The notes under the pieces are model-generated. The model was not told the DNA's origin. It ran no database searches and saw nothing but the letters and a program-made list of their open reading frames with translations. DNA of 64,000 nt from positions 560,591 to 624,590 of the forward strand of contig MU058039.1 of assembly GCA_013265495.1 (NCBI GenBank). Reading direction: 5' to 3'. A program made the position numbers and the translations under genes. Positions within the stretch are counted from its first letter, which is position 1. Each line of letters opens with the position of its first letter. Below, piece by piece: positions 50,506 through 64,000 of the stretch. This DNA comes from Vicugna vicugna. Its lineage: Eukaryota.

Positions 50506-53500
50506 GCCTAGGGTTTGAGACTCACGTGTAGAGCTAGGTCCACAGTGATAGATCAAAGATGCTGCCCCTGCTGTATCTTAGTGAGTAAGGGTGGATGAGG
50601 GATGGAAAGCATGGTTATCATAGGCAGGGGTAGCTAAACTCACAGCTCTCATACATCACAGGCACCTTCTGGGCCTGGCACTGTGCTTAGTGCTTGGCGT
50701 GTGTGACCTGTGTTCTGAGGTGGCAGGGACTCTGATCATCCCCGCTCTGCAGATAAAGGAGCTGAGGTCTGGCAATGAGAGGCCACTTGCTTATGGTTAG
50801 GAAGTGATGGAGGCAGAATAGCCTCAGGCCCAGAGCCCATACTCTTAAATCTCTGTTGCATGTGCTGTGTTCGTGTTTGAGGGGGAATGGGGTCCGAGCT
50901 TTGAGCAATAAAAACCACAGGAAAGATTCATCACACAAAATGGAGTTCCAGAGTTTGTCAGCTTCGCTCCTCAAGTTATGTTGTGCTGAGTACTGGGGTG
51001 CTGGCTTAGACCTCAGTGACCCGCTGATCCCCTCCAGTTTGAACTCCACTTTGGTGGAAACAGGTCTTTACCTCCCAGGAAAGAGAAGGGTCTTCGGGAC
51101 CCGAGAAAGGTGGGCAGAGTGAATGAAGGAAACAAGAAAAGGGCCCATACTATTGAAAGCCCATTCTAAGCAGCTTCTTTGGGTGTGAAGCCTCTTTCTC
51201 TTTCATCTCCTAGCTCTGTCCCACTTGGCTGTAGCCTTCTGTGGGAGCCATGTGGCATCTTCCTTTGACCTTAGGAACAGCAGAGTTTACCCAGTGTGTG
51301 ATTCTTGCCCTTGCTCTGATCCAGAGGCATTACTGGGTGGGGGGAATAGCAGAGAGGGGACTCTTTCATGGGAGTCATTGTTCTAGACCTTTAGTTGCTC
51401 TCTTGGTTCAGGGTTCCCCATCTCAGGTGGAGGGAGTGTCTGGGCTTCCTACCCAAACAAGGCAGGTGCTGGAGATTCTGAGTCTGTTCATGTCCCCAGG
51501 TGGTGCCCAAGTGCCAGCCCCTGTTTCCAGGTGGTGATTGGCGAGGGTTTTAACCTCTTCATCACTCTTATCTCCTGCTGCTGGACAGTGCCTGTCATGT
51601 AAAAGGTGCTCAATACGCATCTGTTGGCCAAATTCATGATAGTAGCTAACACTCATTGAGCTTTTACTGTGTACAAAGCACCACTCTGAGTACTGTCCAT
51701 GCGATATCTCTTTTAATCCTCATATCTACTCCATGGCATAGATACTGTTTTTATTCCTATTTCTCATGTAAAGAAACTCAGGTCCCGAGAATTGTGAATC
51801 ACAAAACTGGTGAGTGTTAAAAGTCAGGATTCAAACCCAAGCCAAGCCCAGGCTCTTAAATACTCATTCCGTAGTCTCTCTGGATGACAGATGGCTCAGT
51901 GGGGTGGGCTTGCAGGGCCATACTAACTAGTTACAGCCTCTCCGCTCCACATATGGTCTCCTGTTCCAGGGTAGCCCTGCATCAGGTCCCAGGTCCCTGT
52001 GGGCCTGAAGACTTGACCATCGCTCTGGGCGTAGGGTTTTTCTGTGATTCTGGAACCTGTACTTCCCCTTTATTTAAAATAAAAACGAACTGGATATTTG
52101 ACATTATTAAGGAATTCTTGTTTTTAGATGTTTTAGGTGTGATAAGTTTTTAGGTGTAATAATGATACTGTGGTTCTGTTCAAGAAAAAGTCCTTATTTT
52201 TAAGACTTATATTCTGAAATACCTGGGAACTGTTAAAGATGTCTGGGATTTGCTTTAAAATAACACGGCTGCCAGGGAGTGGAGGGGGCCAAGTGTCTGG
52301 GTTAAGTAAAGAGCTGAGGTAACATTGGCCACCAGGTGGTTCTGTGGAAGCTGGCTGGTGGGGGGTTATTATACTCTTTTCACCTCTGTGTGTTTGAAAC
52401 GTCTCACTATGAAAAGTTAGAAGCAAGTACAACCAATTTCACTGAGCATTTGTGTGTTTCAAGCTCGTGTGTGTGGAGGAGTTCCCTGCCTCTGCCTACT
52501 CCACTTATAAAAAGTCAGTTTTTTTTTTCTTTTCATTATACGAGTCAATACTTGGCTCAAGGCTTTGGAAACCCCTTTGGTAAAACAGCATCCAGCCACA
52601 GTGAAGACACCAGCGAGGCTCCAGCAGCCACGTGCTTCCCCCCGCTGCTCTGAGTACCGAACACAATGGCATTGGTTCCCTTAGTCAGTTTGCAGAGGCC
52701 CCTCTTCCCTGAGATCTGATTCCCTCCAGCATCTGATGGTGGGGCCCCTCCCACATTTTTTCCCAAGACATGTTCGAGCAGGAGGCCTCAGATCCTCCCC
52801 CAATCCTCCCCTCGGGAGAGACGTACACAGATCCTTCCTCTCATGTGTCTTTGTTAGGGCCCCACATGGAACCAGAATCCAGCATTTGATTTGCCTCCAG
52901 CACTGCAGTGGGAGGCAGGGAACCTGCCCCCTTTCAGTTCTGACTTTTGACAGAGCTGCAAGATGCAGCTTGTGACAGTGCCTCGGACCTGATGATATTT
53001 TTCATCACACCAGCAGTCAGAACTCCTTTACAACACCCTCTCCCCGCCCCCGTCCTTCACATCAGATAGATTGTCTTTGTTCTTTTGGGGTCCCTAACTT
53101 AACAGCGAGTCAGCGCGTGGTAGAAATCCTTGTGTGGAAGTGGTAAGAAAAGAGGGCATCCTCATTTGAGGGTTTCTGTGTTTGCCTTTAGGTGGGTAGA
53201 GATGGTTGAGGTGCACAGGTGCTCTGGTCCGTTGCTGCTCGAGCCTGCTGCCATTGGTCCATCTGATGATTAGATCTTCCCCACGGCCCCGTTTCTTGAC
53301 CCCCTGCTGTTGGTTTGTGGAGAAGGAGGCAGGGTAAGTCCTGTGGCCTCTGCAGCTTCCTCAAGCATCTCCCCCAAGCACCTCTTCCATTCTGCCCTTT
53401 CTCTTCCTTCACAGGCTGTGAGGTGAGTCCAGCGCAGAGGGAACACTAGGAGTACTGTCACCAGTTTGGGCAGCTTGATTTCTCTGTGTTTTTCAGGGTA

Positions 53501-54201
53501 GGCCTGCAGGTGTTAGATCTGAGGGAGGCACACTCCAAACACTGACAATGGATCTGATTTTTAAACTTACTCATTTGACAGGTATTCACCCACCTGAGCG
53601 CTCTTCTAGGTAGTAGGAGTGTAGTGGTGAGCCGGACAGACAAGGCTTCTTCCCTTCTGGGGCTCTTGTTCAAGTGGGGGATTCAGACAGTAAACAGAGA
53701 AATAAGAGATAGACTGTGTTAGATGGTAATAAGTACTAAACGGAAGAAATTAAGAAAGGGGTTGTGAGATATTAGGGTGGAGGGTGTTGAAATTTTAGAC
53801 AGGGTGGCCAGGGATGAATACAGGCCTAACAGAGGTGAGGCAGTACGAGCAGTGGGAGTTTCTGGGCAGAGGGAGCAGCCAGTGCAAAGGTCCTGAGACA
53901 GCAGTTGGAGCAGAGTGGAGGAGGAGCTAGGGGAGGGCATGAGGGCAGAGAAGTGTTGGGTTTGCAGATCTCTTGATCTAGTGCAGCTTTGTCTTTTCTC
54001 TGACTGAGATGGGATGATGTTGCAGGGTTGATTGAATTATTAAATTTCCTTACATTTTGGGTGATGACCACACATGCATGGAAACAAAGGGACAAAAATA
54101 ATGCACCCAGTTCTCTTCCCTAGAGGCCACCACCATGCCAGGTGCTTGTTGGGGGCCAGTTACTTGACTCTGCATTATTTGAGTGAGTTTCTTGGCTTAT
54201 A

Positions 54202-54281
54202 TTAGGTTGAACCGTATGAAATTGCCTTTTTCTGGGTCAAGAATGGTTGAATATTGGCAATTTTATGAGGTGTAGCTTAAT
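54202..54281. mobile_element. MADE2-like mariner MITE (~80 bp, inverted repeats, TA flanks)
   Basis: ttaggttgaaccgtatgaaattgcc...ggcaattttatgaggtgtagcttaa. Confidence 0.7.
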
Positions 54282-55206
54282 AGCACCTTTCCAGAGCCGA
54301 AGGAATTTGACTAATCCTTTCTTGCCCCAGGGGTTGGTGGTCAGAGGTCGGACCCCCTTTCTGCGCCCACATTTCTCTTTCACTGACTGGCCCAGCAACA
54401 TTGACTGGTCAGCGACACCAGTGAGTGCAAAACGCCTGCCCCACCCAGAGCCCAGTACCCAGTCTTGCTGTCAAGCCCGACAAGAAGCTGCCTCTTCCTG
54501 CCGGGGCCTCACCTGGCAGTGGTGTTAGTCATTTTTTGGCTTTCTGTATCTTGGTGCCACCAGTTTTGAAATCACAGATAGCTCCCAGAGGGAAGGGCAC
54601 TCCTGTACTTTTGCCAGATGTTTGGCATGACTCACCTGGCGGAGGCGCTTTCTGGGGCTAGGCACAGCCTGTGGGCACTCTGCATCAGTAACTGGCCAGA
54701 GTAGCTGGCAGAGTGCCCAGCCTGGAGAGTTCATGGTGGTAGCTGCTGGAGGAGGTCTGCGAAGCGATGGTCTGGACTTGGGAGAAAGGCTTTTGGCCCC
54801 TCCTGTGTGTCACAGTCCTGTGCCGACCAGAGAGTCATACATACAGAACCCCAGGGCACTGGGCTGAGTCCCGGGGGTAAGAGGAGTTGTGGGTCCAGCT
54901 TTAGGGGAGCTCAGTCAGAAAGCTGTGTCCACTGGTACACCTTTGGCTACAAACCACAGCAAACAGGTAATAAAGACAATGTCTGCTATATGCTAGGCAC
55001 TGTGCTAGGCGCTTCCCACAAAGTGACTCATTTAAGCCTCCCAACAACCTTGAAAGATAAGTACGCCCATCATTCCCCTTTTGCAGATGAGGCAACTAAA
55101 TTTAAATAACTAGTCGAACAGCTAGGAAATGGTGGTGACACGATTTGGATCCGGGGAACCTGACTCCAGAGGCCACACTCTGAACTGTTAATTGTCTTAT
55201 GCTACT

Positions 55207-55390
55207 GCAATGGTTCTCAAACCTGAGCAGGCCCGGAGTCCCCTGCGGGTCTTATTAAAACACATTGCTGGGCCCCATCCAACATTTAATTCAGTAGGTC
55301 TGACTGGAGAATTTGCATTTCTGACAAGTCTGCAGGTGATGTGGGTGCTCCTGGGCCCGGGAGCTTATTTTGAGATCCACTGATCCACTG
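55207..55390. mobile_element. MER5A-like DNA transposon
   Basis: caatggttctcaaac...ttgctgggcccca...aatttgcatttctgacaag...tttgagatccactg. Confidence 0.7.
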
Positions 55391-58300
55391 GATTAGGAAA
55401 CTCTACTGAAATTGGCCTGGAATCAGGAGATTTGTGATCTCATATAACAAAGAAGCCCGTAGAGAGGCAGCACCATGGTTGAATAATTAAGCAGTTCCAC
55501 CATGTCTATCAGGAGCCCAGCCCTCTCCGCCATTCTTGGTGTGTCTTCGGGCTCCTCTCGTGGCTACAAGATGACTGTCGCAGCTGTAGTCATCACACTC
55601 TGACAAGGCTATATCCAGCAGCAGAAAGAGGGCACCTTTCACTGTGTGTCTCTTAAGAGTGAGGAAACCTTTCCTAGATGCCCCGCCTCTCAGATTCCCC
55701 TTGTGTCTCATTGGCTGGCATTGTGACACCTGACCATACCCAGGGCCAATCACAGGTGGGGGCCAATAAGGATTTACTCTCAGGGCTGGGGCTAAAAACA
55801 TCCTCACCTGAAGCACAGGACTGCTGGGAGGAGTGTGGCTACAGAAGTAAAATTGGAAAAGACTGGGGGTGGGGTGGGGGATGGATACTGGGTAGGCAAA
55901 CAATTGGATCTGCTGCAGAAGGTAGTACAACAAAGTGGAAGCACAGTACCAGTACATTTTTGTGTCATTGTCCTTACCAATTTCATTTTGTAATTACCTG
56001 AGTCAGGACTGAGCTTTTTGTTCTCTAATCATTGCTATCTTCAAGAATGTGCGCAGAGTCTCTGTATTGTAGGAGTTCGCGGTCTTTTGATCTGAACATT
56101 CAGGGAAACCCTGGCTGGTTGACGGGGCAGCAGTCTAAGGGGCAGTGTGGTTCGTGAGCACACTTGCTCTGCTCATAAAAACCTGGATCTCACTCCTCTC
56201 TCTGCTTCTGGCCAATTCTTCAAGGGGCTCCTTGAAGAGGCTCAGTTTCCCCCTTTGAGGACTGCCTACTAGGGCAGTGGTGTGGGTGAAGGGAGAGGAT
56301 GAAACTCAGGTGTTCACCCCCGTAGCTGGCTCCTGGTAAGTGCTCAGTACTGGGGTCCCTGCTGTTAACATGTTAATTATGACTTATTAATTGAATAATT
56401 ATAATTTAATAATCTAGCCCTCTCCTCCTAACAGCTTATGAAGGTGACCATTCATTTTGCAGACTGAAATTTCCCATGGGTGCCTGTTACTACTGCTTGT
56501 GGACCCAGCATAAAGCCATTGCCCTGCAGGATTGCTGAGGGACTGAGGGAAACAAGGGCTGTGGAGCCAGACCACCTGGCCCAAGTCCTGGCTCTGTGTT
56601 GGGCTCCTGGGTGACCTTGGGCAAGCCACTAGCCTTGCAGTGTCTCAGTTTCCCTATATGTAAGGTGGTAATGGTAGTGTTCTCCGTTTTTGGGAGAATT
56701 CAGTGCATTCAAGCACATAAAGCGTTCAGAGCGCTGCAGTGCCTGGCCCACAGTGTGCACTTAATACACACGCGGTTATCTGCCGTTATTTCAATATTTT
56801 GTGCCGGTTTATTCACAGGGGACTGTAAGCTCCCTGAGGGCAGAGTCTTTGTGGTTTTTGTTTACCACTGTGTCGTTGTGCAGGACTCAGAGTAGATATT
56901 TATTTTGTTGATGAAAAGAAGGGCAGTGATAGTTGTTCTTTCTTTTTCCCTTCAGCTGTCCGGAATTTAAACTCCATGACTATGATTACCCGATGTTTTG
57001 AAGCCATAAGCTGAACCTGATTGAATCTGAGGGCGGCATGTGATAACCGCAGCTGATGGTTATTGAGCATTTTTGTGGGTTAGGGCTAAGTGCTTACTAT
57101 AAAGATCTCACCAGCTCCTCACACGCACCCCCATTTTATGGATGAGGAAACTGAGGCCCAGCTGGGGGCGGAGGCTGTCTTTCTCTTTGAGAGGAGATCT
57201 AGTGCAGTGGTTAAGAACTGGAAACCCAGAACTGCTCTGCGTGGCTTGACTCTCTGCCCCACCACTTTCCTGCTGCCTGCGACTTCTCTGTTCCTGAACT
57301 TTCTCATATGTAAAATAGGAATGCTAATAGTGCTTATTTAGAGAGTGGCTGTGTGAGCCAGAGGAGATAATTCACACGAAGTGCTCAGCACAGTACCTTG
57401 TGCAGAGTGAGTACGGGGGTTCTGGTGGTGGTTTTTGTCTCGCAAACCCATTCCGCTGTGCTTCCCAAGCAGGTGGGAGGAGCCCAGCGGCAGCACTTCA
57501 GCCTTAAGGTGTGCTGCCTCCCTGTCTGCATGGGGGGAAAAGAGCCCACCTTTGGGTTGCGTGGTTGTGAATGAAGCGGCCGGGCGCCAGCCCAGAGCAG
57601 GGGATGCTTTGGGCACAGATCCAACCCTGGCTCGATCAGCAAACAGGTGTCCCATCCCTGGATCAGAGGTAACCGACAAGCTGCCTTTGTTACCTTTAAG
57701 CTTTCATTTAAGCCCATTCAGGCTCCTCAGACCACGTGTCTGATGAGTAAGGAGTTCTTTTATTTCCCTCCCCGAAAGGGACCTTTGGCGAAACAGCCCT
57801 CTCTGGGAACGCGCCTGTTGGTGAAAACCAGCCATCTCTTGGGGAACTCCGGTGGCTGGCGTGTTCTTGTGGCTGTTGAATAAGTCGCTGTTAGAAGCTG
57901 GCACGGCAGGTTCCCGTTTCCGCATTCCAGACACCCACAGCGGCTGGGGGAGGCACCGCCCACCCGAGGGCCAGGGCGAGGGCGAGGGCAGCCTGCAGAG
58001 CGCAGGCAGGTGGCCTTGGCCTGGAGAAGACCCGGGACCGGAGCTGAGAGCCTGGAGCTCCCCTCATGGTCACCTGCCTGCTCAGTTTGTGCTCCGGATG
58101 TCATTCAGGTGAGCACTGTTTAGTTTGGTAGTGACTTGTAGAGCAGAGAAAGTTAATACCAGGTTTCCTCTTTTTGGAAATTAGACTGGTGGCTTTTTTT
58201 TGTTTTCTTTTTTTTCCTCTGCTCGCATGAAGTGTTTACCTGTCTGCTCCTAACTGTGAAGAAAGGGTGGGTGGAGTGTTGAGGGAGTGAGAAGGAAACG

Positions 58301-60689
58301 GGGGCTATTTCTCTCTGGAGAAGCCATCAGAGAATGTTGAGCTCCCTGGGAAGGCAAACTTGTGTACCAGTGGGGCATCCTAGCCTCTTTCCAAGGAATC
58401 ATATACATGTAAAGCGCCCACAGCCTGTGTGTGGAGTGGTGCCCAGTGTCAGCTCTCCCCCCGCCTCCCCAGTTCCCTGTCTGGCCTTATCTCTGACCTC
58501 TCAACTGCTGCTGGCTGTTCTCCAGCTACACTGGCCTCCTGCTCTTCCTCCCTCAGGGCCTTTGCCCCTGCTCTTCCCTCTGCATGGGACACTTCCCTGC
58601 TATCCCCAAAGCTCCCACACCCTTCAGGTCTCTGCTCAAATGTCACCTTCTTAGTGAGGCCTCCCTCCTTATTAAACAGCACCTGCTCCATCACAGTCTG
58701 GCCCTTTGCTTTATTTTTCTCCAAAGTGTGGCCACTTGGCATGTTTATCATACCCTCCTCCCTGACTGTGGGCTCCATGGAAGCACAGGTGCTTCTGTCT
58801 GTCCTTGTAGAACTGTCCCTGGCATGTGGTAGGTGTGGAATAAACTATTTTATGAGTGAATTTACGATGTTGTCTGAGGAAGGGTGGCTGTCCCCATTTG
58901 GGTTTTGGGGGGAGAACGTCAGCGTATCCGCAGATCTGTGGCTGCGGGGGAGGCGGCATGCACACACCCTCGCCATGGTCACTCAGTGGTCCTCGGGCCT
59001 GCCTGCAGCGTCCAGCCCTCCAGCCTCCTGCCCCTCAGCCCTCTGTGCAGCCCCGGCCCTGGCAGTGGCTCATCCAGGCAGCCTGGCGCACGTGGCCTGG
59101 AACAGATGGCCTCAGGCCTAGTGAGTTTAGAGGATGTATGCACGTTAACTCAGGTGGGGAAGGCTTTGTGAAAGACGCCACCTGCACACACGCATCCCTG
59201 GGTATATGGAAATCTGCCTTTATTGTCAGGCCCTCTTGGGTGTTCCTGCAGTAGTGGGGGTCAGGGAGTGCCTTGGAAATAGGAATTAACCTTCCAGACA
59301 GAGTTTATCAGTCTCCCCTGCTTTAACAGGCTATAATTCTTGTTCTGGGACTGAACAGGTTTTAATTAAACCATGAGCTTCAAGAGTCTGACTGTGTAAT
59401 AGCTGACACCTCCTGATCTGTTTTCTGGCTTTGAGTGTCAGCAATTGAGTCTGTAAAAAATATCCAGGGCAGGGCTTCCCCAGGCTCCGTAAAGCAAGGT
59501 CAGTGGCCCTCTCAGATTTCTCCCAACAGCACAAGGCACTGACGGACTGAGGTGTGTGTTGCCTTAACACACATCATCACACCTTGGGGCCTGCTGCTAT
59601 TTCAAGGATGTGCAAGGTGTCAGAGGAGCTGCTTCTCCAACATCCAGCTGTGTCCTTTGAGCTCCAAGTGCGATGATTTTGGAGCTGGGTCGGGGACCCT
59701 TTTGGGAGGCCATTGCACATAATGCTCAAGTCCCAGCACTGCCCAAGCTCTCAGCACAGCACTTCGCTTCTCCAGGCTTCAGTTTCCTTGTCTGGAAAAA
59801 TGGGAGTAATTTACAGCACCTGCATGAAATGAGACGTTAAAGGGAGATCAGGTGACCTAGCCAGCCCTGTGTCTAGTATGTGGAGAGCACTCACTTAATG
59901 GGGATGATAATTATTTTTATGAATTGATTTCAAGCCCCCTTAGAATTCTTTCCAGCCCCTCTTGTGGGCTGGACTCTCTTCCCCTCCTCTCTACCCACCC
60001 CTACGTCAGCCTCCTCCTACAGTCCTTTACCCCTGGGAACAGTCGCATATTGTGTGTGTCTTTCCACATGCTTCTCCATTGTTTTATCAGCCTATAGGGG
60101 GAAATATTACCCTATAAAGGATATTACCCTCATTTTCCTGCACTTTGCTTTTCTTACATGGCAGTACTGTGTGGAAATGCCTCCAAGTTCTCAGGTAGTG
60201 CTTAAATTTGCTCTTTTTAATGGCTATGTAACACATGGAGGTGTGAGTGGACCATAATTTATTTGGCCTGGCCGTCACTGATGTGCATTCCCTTTGTTTC
60301 TAGTTGGTTTTTCCCTCCAAATTATTATTTTTATTGATAGCTTTCTTTAATTAGAATGCAGACGTCCAACCTGCTTAGCCACCTTGTTAAGCTCTAAGCC
60401 TTTGAGAATGAATAGGAAGTAGCATTAGTATAATAATGCCTCTTGCCCAGACAGGAGATGTATTTTCTGAGGGTTCCCACCAGGCCCAGCACAATGTTGA
60501 ACTATCTACTTTAAATGCTTTTTAATTATAAAAATGATTAATAGATTCATCACTCTTAATACAGATTAGGTGTGCTTAATGAGTACTTATTGTCAAATAA
60601 GAGACAGAAAGTTCATATTTTTTCATATTAACAATCTTTGTTGGAAATCAGAACATGAGCAAGATTTTACTGGAGTCTGTGATCTTTTT

Positions 60690-60795
60690 TAGGTGATACT
60701 TTACTTATTTATTTAATGAGGGTACTGGGGATTGAACCCAGGACCTCATGCATGCTCAGCACATTTTCTGCCACTGAGCTGTTCCCCTACCCCCT
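60690..60795 (-). mobile_element. Vic-1-type SINE
   Basis: ggtactggggattgaacccaggacctcatgcatgct...ccactgagct. Confidence 0.75.
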
Positions 60796-60869
60796 AGGTG
60801 CTGCTTTAGATAAGGAATATATTTGGCTTCATGAAACTTGGACAGCAGTGTAAACACGTGGCGGTTTGT

Positions 60870-61660
60870 TTCAGTTCTCTGTTGCTATATAACAGGCCAC
60901 CCCAAAACGTAAAGCCTTAAACCGACAACAGTTTTTTGTTTCTCGTGAATCTCTGGTTGACTGAGGCTCACCTGGCTGGCTCTTCTGCTGGTTCTGAGTG
61001 GGGTCTCTTACGTGGTTACAGTCAGAGGATGAATGGGGCTGGAACACTCAGGATGGTTTTGCTGACATGGTGCCTTGGAGATGTCTGGACCTCTCTCTCT
61101 GTGTAGTCTCAGAACTTCTTCCATGCGGTCTCGCCAGCCAGGAGCTAAACTTGTAACAGACATTCCAGGGCTTCCGAAACCTTCTTAAGGCTTAGGTCCA
61201 GAACTGGCCCAGCATCAGCCCAGATTCAGTGTTGGAGGGATGATGGAAGACTTGCGTTCTGGGAGGAGTGGCCCGTGGGGGACCATCTTTGCGGACCACC
61301 ACAGCCTTCATTTTCTTCCATAAGGAAAAGTGCAGAGGTGATCAGGACAAGATAGTGCTGCTGTTTACCACCTCCAGTGCCCCAGCCTCCTGTTTATCTG
61401 CATTGCTGCCCATAGCCCCATAGTGATAAGAAGGCTGTTCGGTCTCCAGCCCCACATCCTTGTTACAGGCAGGAAGAAGCAAAGCTCTAAGGAAAAGAAG
61501 TAGCACCTCTGTCAGGAAACCAAAACCTTCCCTGAAATCCTCAGCTGACTTCTGCTTCTGTCTCTTTGGCTAGAACTTTGTGACAGGAACCACCCCTTGC
61601 CAAAAGGAAGTCTCAGAAGTGCAGTTTTTAAGCTGTGTTATTACCACCCTGGACAAAGCA
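60870..61660. mobile_element. MLT1-type LTR remnants (others at ~55390-55830 and ~63480-63985)
   Basis: ttgctatataacaggccaccccaaaac...ttctgctgg... MaLR signatures. Boundaries approximate. Confidence 0.55.
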
Positions 61661-64000
61661 TCAGTAGAGAAGAAGCAGGGAGAATGGACATGTTGGGTCT
61701 GCATCTAGGAGTGGCCTCTTCAGGCAGCTAGAGATGTGGTGGGTAAACTGAGGCAGCATGCATTCATTTACCAGCTGTCTCATGAGTACCTGGAACTGGC
61801 GAGGCACTGGGCTGCTCATAAAGGTTACAAGGATCCAAGAGGTGAACACATCTGAGCCTGACCAGATAATCACTCAGCTCATGTCCCTCATGTAGGTGTT
61901 TGGAATTAGGCTGATGATCATAATAACAGCCAATCTCACTAAGTGTTTAATTTGTGAAGAGGAACTATGAACCACCTCATTTAATCTAATGGCCCTATGA
62001 AGTAGGCACTATTGTCATCACCCCCTTTTCAGATGCAGAAACAGAGGCACAGAGAGGTTAAATAACTTGCCATAGGCCCTACAGCTAAGAGGTCATGGAG
62101 CCGACTTGCAGTCTCTGGTGGTCAGGCTCCGGAGTCTGGGTCCTGGACCACTGCACTATACTGTTTACTTTTTATAAGAAACATTTCTTGTTGCAATGAA
62201 CCTATAAGTGACAGCAGAACAAAACACGAGACAGAAACCACTTACTACTCTATCCCTCCACCTGCTACTTCTTGCCTCATGGGTCTCACCTGTCAGTAAC
62301 TTAGTGTATGTCCTTTCTCACCTCTTTCTAAATGCATTCTGTTTTTAAAAGATGGCCTTTGGGCACACAGAATCAGATTAATCATAATCCTTAGTGCACG
62401 ATACACTGGTATTTTTGTTCTGTGTGAAAACGTCTATTACAGTGAATAGCCAATAGCCCACTACCTGCCCAAGAACTAGAACATTACTTACCAGTAACTT
62501 ACATGAAACTGTGTGTTATTTCCCATTCAATCCCCCATCTACTTTCCCAGGAGTGACCACAAACTTGAATTTTTCGTTTATCATTCTTCATCTTAAGAAT
62601 TATTTTTGAACTTTTACAAATGATATTATAGTATATGTATGTATATATATATGTATATATGTGTGTGTGTGTGTGTATATCTAGTTTTCTGGGACTTGCA
62701 TTCTTCACTTAATGTTGTGATTGATCCAGACTGTTTGATATAGCTTCAGTTCATTAATTTTTTACTGCTTTGTAATATTCCACTGGCTGAATATACATTT
62801 TTGTTTTAGTGATTTCCATGCCAATGGATGTTTCCTTAGTTTCCAGGTTTTTTGTAATTCATGGGCTCCTATGAATGTTGTTACACGTATTTCCTGGTGT
62901 ATGTGGGCAAGAATTTCTTTGAAGAATGTACTAGGTATGAGATTGGTGGGTGTAGGATGTGAGCATCTTTAACTCTGCCAAAAATTGTCAAACTGTTCTC
63001 TAAACATTCCCACCAATGATGTATGTATAAGGGTTCCCATTGTTCGGTGTTTGTCACACTTGGTTTTGTAAAGCTTTCTTATTTTTGCCAGACTGATGGA
63101 TATTAAATGAAATCTCATTGTGGTTCTAATTTATAGTCCCCTGAAGACTACTAAGGCACAGAATCTTGTATGTTTCTTCTTATGGATATAGCTTTTTCAT
63201 GCTTCTTGCTTCTTTTCTTTTTCTTACTGATTTGTAGGTGTTCTGTATACTCTGGCTACTCACCCTGAGGCTGCAGCCTGTTTAACCTAATGAAAATTTT
63301 ATGATTTTCGCATCATCATTGACTTGGTTGTCTTCTCTGTTTGCTCTCCACCCAACTCCATGATTCTGCTTTGTGTACTCCCAGCTCACAGTGATTCTCC
63401 CTCTTCTTTGAAACAGTTCTCAAATTATGGGCTTTTTATATATTTGTATAGATAGATGACTATACTCGTTCCACCCACTCTCCCATAGGTTTGTGATCCC
63501 AGGTGTATCTGGATTAGATTCAACTGTGTGTAATAGAAAACTGCATATAAAACAAAATGACACTGGTCTACACAGGTAGAAACTTATTTCTCTCTCACGT
63601 AAAGGAGCCCAGTGATAAGCATGCCAGGGCTGCACTCTAATCAGGGACTGCAGTTCTTTCTACCTTTTTGCTCCACCATCCTTCTCCAGTTGCGTCGTGG
63701 TTCAAGACGGCTGCTCAAGCTCCAGCCATTATATCCCAGCAAGCAGAAAAGAAGGGTTGAAGATGGGCACCCCTGTCTCTTTTAAAAAAAAAAAACTGAA
63801 TGGAAGTTGCATGTAATAATTCTGCTTATAGACTCTTGGCCAGAACTTAGTCACAGCACCACGTATAGCTGTAAGGGGGTCTGGAAATGTATTTCACATG
63901 GTCTTGCTCTTAGCTAAAACTCAGATTCTATTTACTAAGTTAAAAAGGGGGGATAAATACTGGATTAGGCAGCCAGCGACATTATTAGTTCTGAAATGTT

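Noticed and set aside
58429..59121. 230-aa + strand ORF
   Set aside because: Non-ATG start, overlaps L2-like sequence, low-complexity translation, no resemblance to SIPA1L3 or a known domain.

Overview
Mammalian genomic DNA, almost certainly camelid, judged from tRNA-derived Vic-1-type SINEs. The window holds the WDR87/SIPA1L3 locus. (1) A complete, intact WDR87 coding sequence lies on the minus strand in five coding exons (38087-38013, 37114-36944, 36560-33679, 33203-32932, 32540-27013). They total 8928 nt (2975 aa): WD40 region, HEAT-like repeats, long Glu/Lys coiled coil and poly-Glu tract. All splice phases are consistent. (2) A tandem, intron-containing WDR87 paralogue lies ~31 kb away (7358-887, minus) with the same exon architecture and phases. 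Its big exon carries three disabling lesions within ~750 bp (19-bp tandem duplication, a second frameshift with TAA, an in-frame TGA). It also has a GC donor where WDR87 has GT, and an L1 where its last acceptor is expected. It looks like a long-functional duplicate that was inactivated later. (3) Two CpG islands rich in ZNF143/SBS motifs (~17.4-18.8 kb, ~44.0-45.3 kb) each lie upstream of a WDR87 copy. The second is probably the WDR87/SIPA1L3 bidirectional promoter, and the rest of the window is probably SIPA1L3 intron 1. Other observations are a 126-bp x3 coding tandem repeat in WDR87, two short local sequence duplications and several nested transposon insertions with target-site duplications. 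I found no convincing new biological system. The paralogue's decay history and the coding repeat are the best leads.
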